Shown here: piece by piece, positions 58,901 to 64,000 of the stretch
Position numbering within the stretch: the first letter of the stretch is position 1
Layout: each line of letters starts with the position of its first letter
Source of the DNA: Marsupella aquatica
Taxonomy: Eukaryota; Plantae; Marchantiophyta
NCBI GenBank assembly: GCA_973895155.1
Contig: OZ316897.1
Location: 23,542,318 to 23,606,317 of the forward strand
Direction: 5' to 3'
Length of the DNA: 64,000 bases
Position numbers and translations under genes: made by a program
Notes under the pieces: model-generated
What the model was told of the DNA's origin: nothing
Database searches by the model: none
The model's input: only the letters and a program-made list of their open reading frames with translations

Positions 58901-61900
58901 CAGTTTTTTAAGTACTGGTATGATTATTGAATATTGGGGGTGAGTTTGACCCCCAGTTTGTTGTGTGCGCATTTTGGAGGGGCTAGGGGTGGGGGTACCC
59001 CGCAATTTTCGGGGTGCGTGTACCAGGGGGCGAGTGCCACCCTACTGTAGCTTTTGGGGGTGTAACGAGCTGGGGGTGAGGGTGGGGGAGGGGTTCCATG
59101 GGGGTTGAGGGTGAGGGTGGCCCCCAGTTTTGGGGGTGCGTGCACATGGGGGCCTGTGCAACCCTAATTGAGCATTGGGGGTGTAACGAGCTGGGGGTGA
59201 GGGTGGGGGAGGGGTTCCATGGGGGTTGAGGGTGAGGGTGGCCCCCAGTTTTGGGGGTGCGTGCACATGGGGGCGTGTGCAACCCTACTGTAGCATTGGG
59301 GGTGTAACGAGCAGGGGGTGAGGGAGGGGGAGGGGTTCCATGGGGGTTGAGGGTGAGGGTGGCCCCCAGTTTTGGGGGTGCGTGCACATGGGGGCGTGTG
59401 CAACCCTAATTGAGCATTGGGGGTGTAACGAGCTGGGGGTGAGGGAGGGGGAGGGGTTCCATGGGGGTTGAGGGTGAGGGTGGCCCCCAATTTTGGGGGT
59501 GCGTGCACATGGGGGCGTGTGCAACCCTAATGTAGCATTGGGGGTGTAACGAGCTGGGGGTGAGGGTGGGGGAGGGGTTCCATGGGGGTTGAGGGTGAGG
59601 GTGGCCCCCAGTTTTGGGGGTGCGTGCATTGGGGGTGAGGATGGTCAAGATTGGGGGTGAATCACCCCCAATGTATGCATACTAGGAGTGAGTCCACGCT
59701 CCTATCGCGACGAGGTGATCACAACTAGGGGTACGAGTAGTTGGCTTTTTATGTAATTTTGACTTTTTTAAAGTATTGGTAAAACGTTTCATTTTGGTGG
59801 ATTTGCGCAAATAGCACGTTTTGGAACGTTACGTGCTCGCCTAGCACGTTTTTTTGACAAGTATAGCAAAAAGAAAAAAAAGGGTTAGCGTTTAGGGTTT
59901 AGGGTTTATGGTTTAGGGTTTACAGTGTCATCCCCAGTTTTCACATGTGGCATACCAGTTTTTTAAGTACTGGTATGATTATTGAATATTGGGGGTGAGT
60001 TTGACCCCCAGTTTGTTGTGTGCGCATTTTGGAGGGGCTAGGGGTGGGGGTACCCCGCAATTTTCGGGGTGCGTGTACCAGGGGGCGAGTGCCACCCTAC
60101 TGTAGCTTTTGGGGGTGTAACGAGCTGGGGGTGAGGGTGGGGGAGGGGTTCCATGGGGGTTGAGGGTGAGGGTGGCCCCCAGTTTTGGGGGTGCGTGCAC
60201 ATGGGGGCGTGTGCAACCCTAATTGAGCATTGGGGGTGTAACGAGCTGGGGGTGAGGGTGGGGGAGGGGTTCCATGGGGGTTGAGGGTGAGGATGGCCCC
60301 CAGTTTTGGGGGTGCGTGCACATGGGGGCGTGTGCAACCCTACTGTAGCATTGGGGGTGTAACGAGCTGGGGGTGAGGGTGGGGGAGGGGTTCCATGGGG
60401 GTTGAGGGTGAGGGTGGCCCCCAGTTTTGGGGGTGCGTGCACATGGGGGCGTGTGCAACCCTAATTGAGCATTGGGGGTGTAACGAGCTGGGGGTGAGGG
60501 TGGGGGAGGGGTTCCATGGGGGTTGAGGGTGAGGATGGCCCCCAGTTTTGGGGGTGCGTGCACATGGGGGCCTGTGCAACCCTACTGTAGCATTGGGGGT
60601 GTAACGAGCTGGGGGTGAGGGTGGGGGAGGGGTTCCATGGGGGTTGAGGGTGAGGGTGGCCCCCAGTTTTGGGGGTGCGTGCACATGGGGGCGTGTGCAA
60701 CCCTACTGTAGCATTGGGGGTGTAACGAGCTGGGGGTGAGGGTGGGGGAGGGGTTCCATGGGGGTTGAGGGTGAGGGTGGCCCCCAGTTTTGGGGGTGCG
60801 TGCACATGGGGGCGTGTGCAACCCTAATTGAGCATTGGGGGTGTAACGAGCTGGGGGTGAGGGTGGGGGAGGGGTTCCATGGGGGTTGAGGGTGAGGATG
60901 GCCCCCAGTTTTGGGGGTGCGTGCACATGGGGGCCTGTGCAACCCTACTGTAGCATTGGGGGTGTAACGAGCTGGGGGTGAGGGAGGGGGAGGGGTTCCA
61001 TGGGGGTTGAGGGTGAGGGTGGCCCCCAGTTTTGGGGGTGCGTGCACATGGGGGCGTGTGCAACCCTACTGTAGCATTGGGGGTGTAACGAGCTGGGGGT
61101 GAGGGTGGGGGAGGGGTTCCATGGGGGTTGAGGGTGAGGGTGGCCCCCAGTTTTGGGGGTGCGTGCACATGGGGGCGTGTGCAACCCTAATTGAGCATTG
61201 GGGGTGTAACGAGCTGGGGGTGAGGGTGGGGGAGGGGTTCCATGGGGGTTGAGGGTGAGGATGGCCCCCAGTTTTGGGGGTGCGTGCACATGGGGGCCTG
61301 TGCAACCCTACTGTAGCATTGGGGGTGTAACGAGCTGGGGGTGAGGGTGGGGGAGGGGTTCCATGGGGGTTGAGGGTGAGGGTGGCCCCCAGTTTTGGGG
61401 GTGCGTGCACATGGGGGCGTGTGCAACCCTACTGTAGCATTGGGGGTGTAACGAGCTGGGGGTGAGGGTGGGGGAGGGGTTCCATGGGGGTTGAGGGTGA
61501 GGGTGGCCCCCAGTTTTGGGGGTGCGTGCACATGGGGGCGTGTGCAACCCTAATTGAGCATTGGGGGTGTAACGAGCTGGGGGTGAGGGTGGGGGAGGGG
61601 TTCCATGGGGGTTGAGGGTGAGGATGGCCCCCAGTTTTGGGGGTGCGTGCACATGGGGGCCTGTGCAACCCTACTGTAGCATTGGGGGTGTAACGAGCTG
61701 GGGGTGAGGGTGGGGGAGGGGTTCCATGGGGGTTGAGGGTGAGGGTGGCCCCCAGTTTTGGGGGTGCGTGCACATGGGGGCGTGTGCAACCCTAATTGAG
61801 CATTGGGGGTGTAACGAGCTGGGGGTGAGGGTGGGGGAGGGGTTCCATGGGGGTTGAGGGTGAGGATGGCCCCCAGTTTTGGGGGTGCGTGCACATGGGG

Positions 61901-64000
61901 GCCTGTGCAACCCTACTGTAGCATTGGGGGTGTAACGAGCTGGGGGTGAGGGTGGGGGAGGGGTTCCATGGGGGTTGAGGGTGAGGGTGGCCCCCAGTTT
62001 TGGGGGTGCGTGCACATGGGGGCGTGTGCAACCCTAATTGAGCATTGGGGGTGTAACGAGCTGGGGGTGAGGGAGGGGGAGGGGTTCCATGGGGGTTGAG
62101 GGTGAGGGTGGCCCCCAGTTTTGGGGGTGCGTGCACATGGGGGCGTGTGCAACCCTACTGTAGCATTGGGGGTGTAACGAGCTGGGGGTGAGGGTGGGGG
62201 AGGGGTTCCATGGGGGTTGAGGGTGAGGGTGGCCCCCAGTTTTGGGGGTGCGTGCACATGGGGGCGTGTGCAACCCTAATTGAGCATTGGGGGTGTAACG
62301 AGCTGGGGGTGAGGGTGGGGGAGGGGTTCCATGGGGGTTGAGGGTGAGGATGGCCCCCAGTTTTGGGGGTGCGTGCACATGGGGGCCTGTGCAACCCTAC
62401 TGTAGCATTGGGGGTGTAACGAGCTGGGGGTGAGGGTGGGGGAGGGGTTCCATGGGGGTTGAGGGTGAGGATGGCCCCCAGTTTTGGGGGTGCGTGCATT
62501 GGGGGTGAGGATGGTCAAGATTGGGGGTGAATCACCCCCAATGTATGCATACTAGGAGTGAGTCCACGCTCCTATCGCGACGAGGTGATCACAACTAGGG
62601 GTACGAGTAGTTGGCTTTTTATGTAATTTTGACTTTTTTAAAGTATTGGTAAAACGTTTCATTTTGGTGGATTTGCGCAAATAGCACGTTTTGGAACGTT
62701 ACGTGCTCGCCTAGCACGTTTTTTTGACAAGTATAGCAAAAAGAAAAAAAAGGGTTAGCGTTTAGGGTTTAGGGTTTATGGTTTAGGGTTTACAGTGTCA
62801 TCCCCAGTTTTCACATGTGGCATACCAGTTTTTTAAGTACTGGTATGATTATTGAATATTGGGGGTGAGTTTGACCCCCAGTTTGTTGTGTGCGCATTTT
62901 GGAGGGGCTAGGGGTGGGGGTACCCCGCAATTTTCGGGGTGCGTGTACCAGGGGGCGAGTGCCACCCTACTGTAGCTTTTGGGGGTGTAACGAGCTGGGG
63001 GTGAGGGTGGGGGAGGGGTTCCATGGGGGTTGAGGGTGAGGGTGGCCCCCAGTTTTGGGGGTGCGTGCACATGGGGGCCTGTGCAACCCTAATTGAGCAT
63101 TGGGGGTGTAACGAGCTGGGGGTGAGGGTGGGGGAGGGGTTCCATGGGGGTTGAGGGTGAGGGTGGCCCCCAGTTTTGGGGGTGCGTGCACATGGGGGCG
63201 TGTGCAACCCTACTGTAGCATTGGGGGTGTAACGAGCAGGGGGTGAGGGAGGGGGAGGGGTTCCATGGGGGTTGAGGGTGAGGGTGGCCCCCAGTTTTGG
63301 GGGTGCGTGCACATGGGGGCGTGTGCAACCCTAATTGAGCATTGGGGGTGTAACGAGCTGGGGGTGAGGGAGGGGGAGGGGTTCCATGGGGGTTGAGGGT
63401 GAGGGTGGCCCCCAATTTTGGGGGTGCGTGCACATGGGGGCGTGTGCAACCCTAATGTAGCATTGGGGGTGTAACGAGCTGGGGGTGAGGGTGGGGGAGG
63501 GGTTCCATGGGGGTTGAGGGTGAGGGTGGCCCCCAGTTTTGGGGGTGCGTGCATTGGGGGTGAGGATGGTCAAGATTGGGGGTGAATCACCCCCAATGTA
63601 TGCATACTAGGAGTGAGTCCACGCTCCTATCGCGACGAGGTGATCACAACTAGGGGTACGAGTAGTTGGCTTTTTATGTAATTTTGACTTTTTTAAAGTA
63701 TTGGTAAAACGTTTCATTTTGGTGGATTTGCGCAAATAGCACGTTTTGGAACGTTACGTGCTCGCCTAGCACGTTTTTTTGACAAGTATAGCAAAAAGAA
63801 AAAAAAGGGTTAGCGTTTAGGGTTTAGGGTTTATGGTTTAGGGTTTACAGTGTCATCCCCAGTTTTCACATGTGGCATACCAGTTTTTTAAGTACTGGTA
63901 TGATTATTGAATATTGGGGGTGAGTTTGACCCCCAGTTTGTTGTGTGCGCATTTTGGAGGGGCTAGGGGTGGGGGTACCCCGCAATTTTCGGGGTGCGTG
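52957..64000 (+). repeat. Higher-order G-rich subtelomeric satellite: ~450-bp frame plus n x 121 bp
   Basis: Unit lengths are 1055, 1902, 1055, 1902, 1055, 2870 and 1055 bp, which equal 450+121n with n=5, 12 or 20. Each junction has an A-tract followed by degenerate telomere repeats. Confidence 0.95.

Noticed and set aside
53010-63573. Dozens of Pro-rich ORFs (MHAPPKLG...)
   Set aside because: Translations of the C-rich strand of a 121-bp satellite; the period is not a multiple of 3
52957-64000. CRISPR-like or rDNA-spacer-like periodicity
   Set aside because: No unique spacers, cas genes or rRNA sequence; eukaryotic tandem repeat

Overview
Eukaryotic plant DNA, most likely a moss (judged from the PLS-PPR motif style), in a TE-saturated subtelomere-like region whose TTTAGGG tracts point rightwards. 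From left to right: (1) a PLS-class PPR gene on the minus strand, with a recent 606-bp internal duplication; (2) a degenerate mitochondrial Cpn60 pseudogene; (3) a CRE-like non-LTR fragment; (4) a nested TE stack. In that stack an old Copia is split by a 27.8-kb CACTA (10995-38787). The CACTA carries an EDM2-like PHD gene and contains an intact Bianca Copia. A second Copia follows, then a Gypsy-like gag element that is cut off at a telomeric tract. The window ends in an 11-kb higher-order G-rich satellite punctuated by telomere motifs. The most unusual content is a set of 4.0-4.7-kb units with TG..CA ends and 5-bp TSDs. They have no internal LTR pair, PBS/PPT, RT or integrase. Each encodes one long 'plant transposon protein' plus coiled-coil ORF, and they share a 3' hairpin motif. 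There are five copies from three families. All coordinates were read by eye; no database searches were run.
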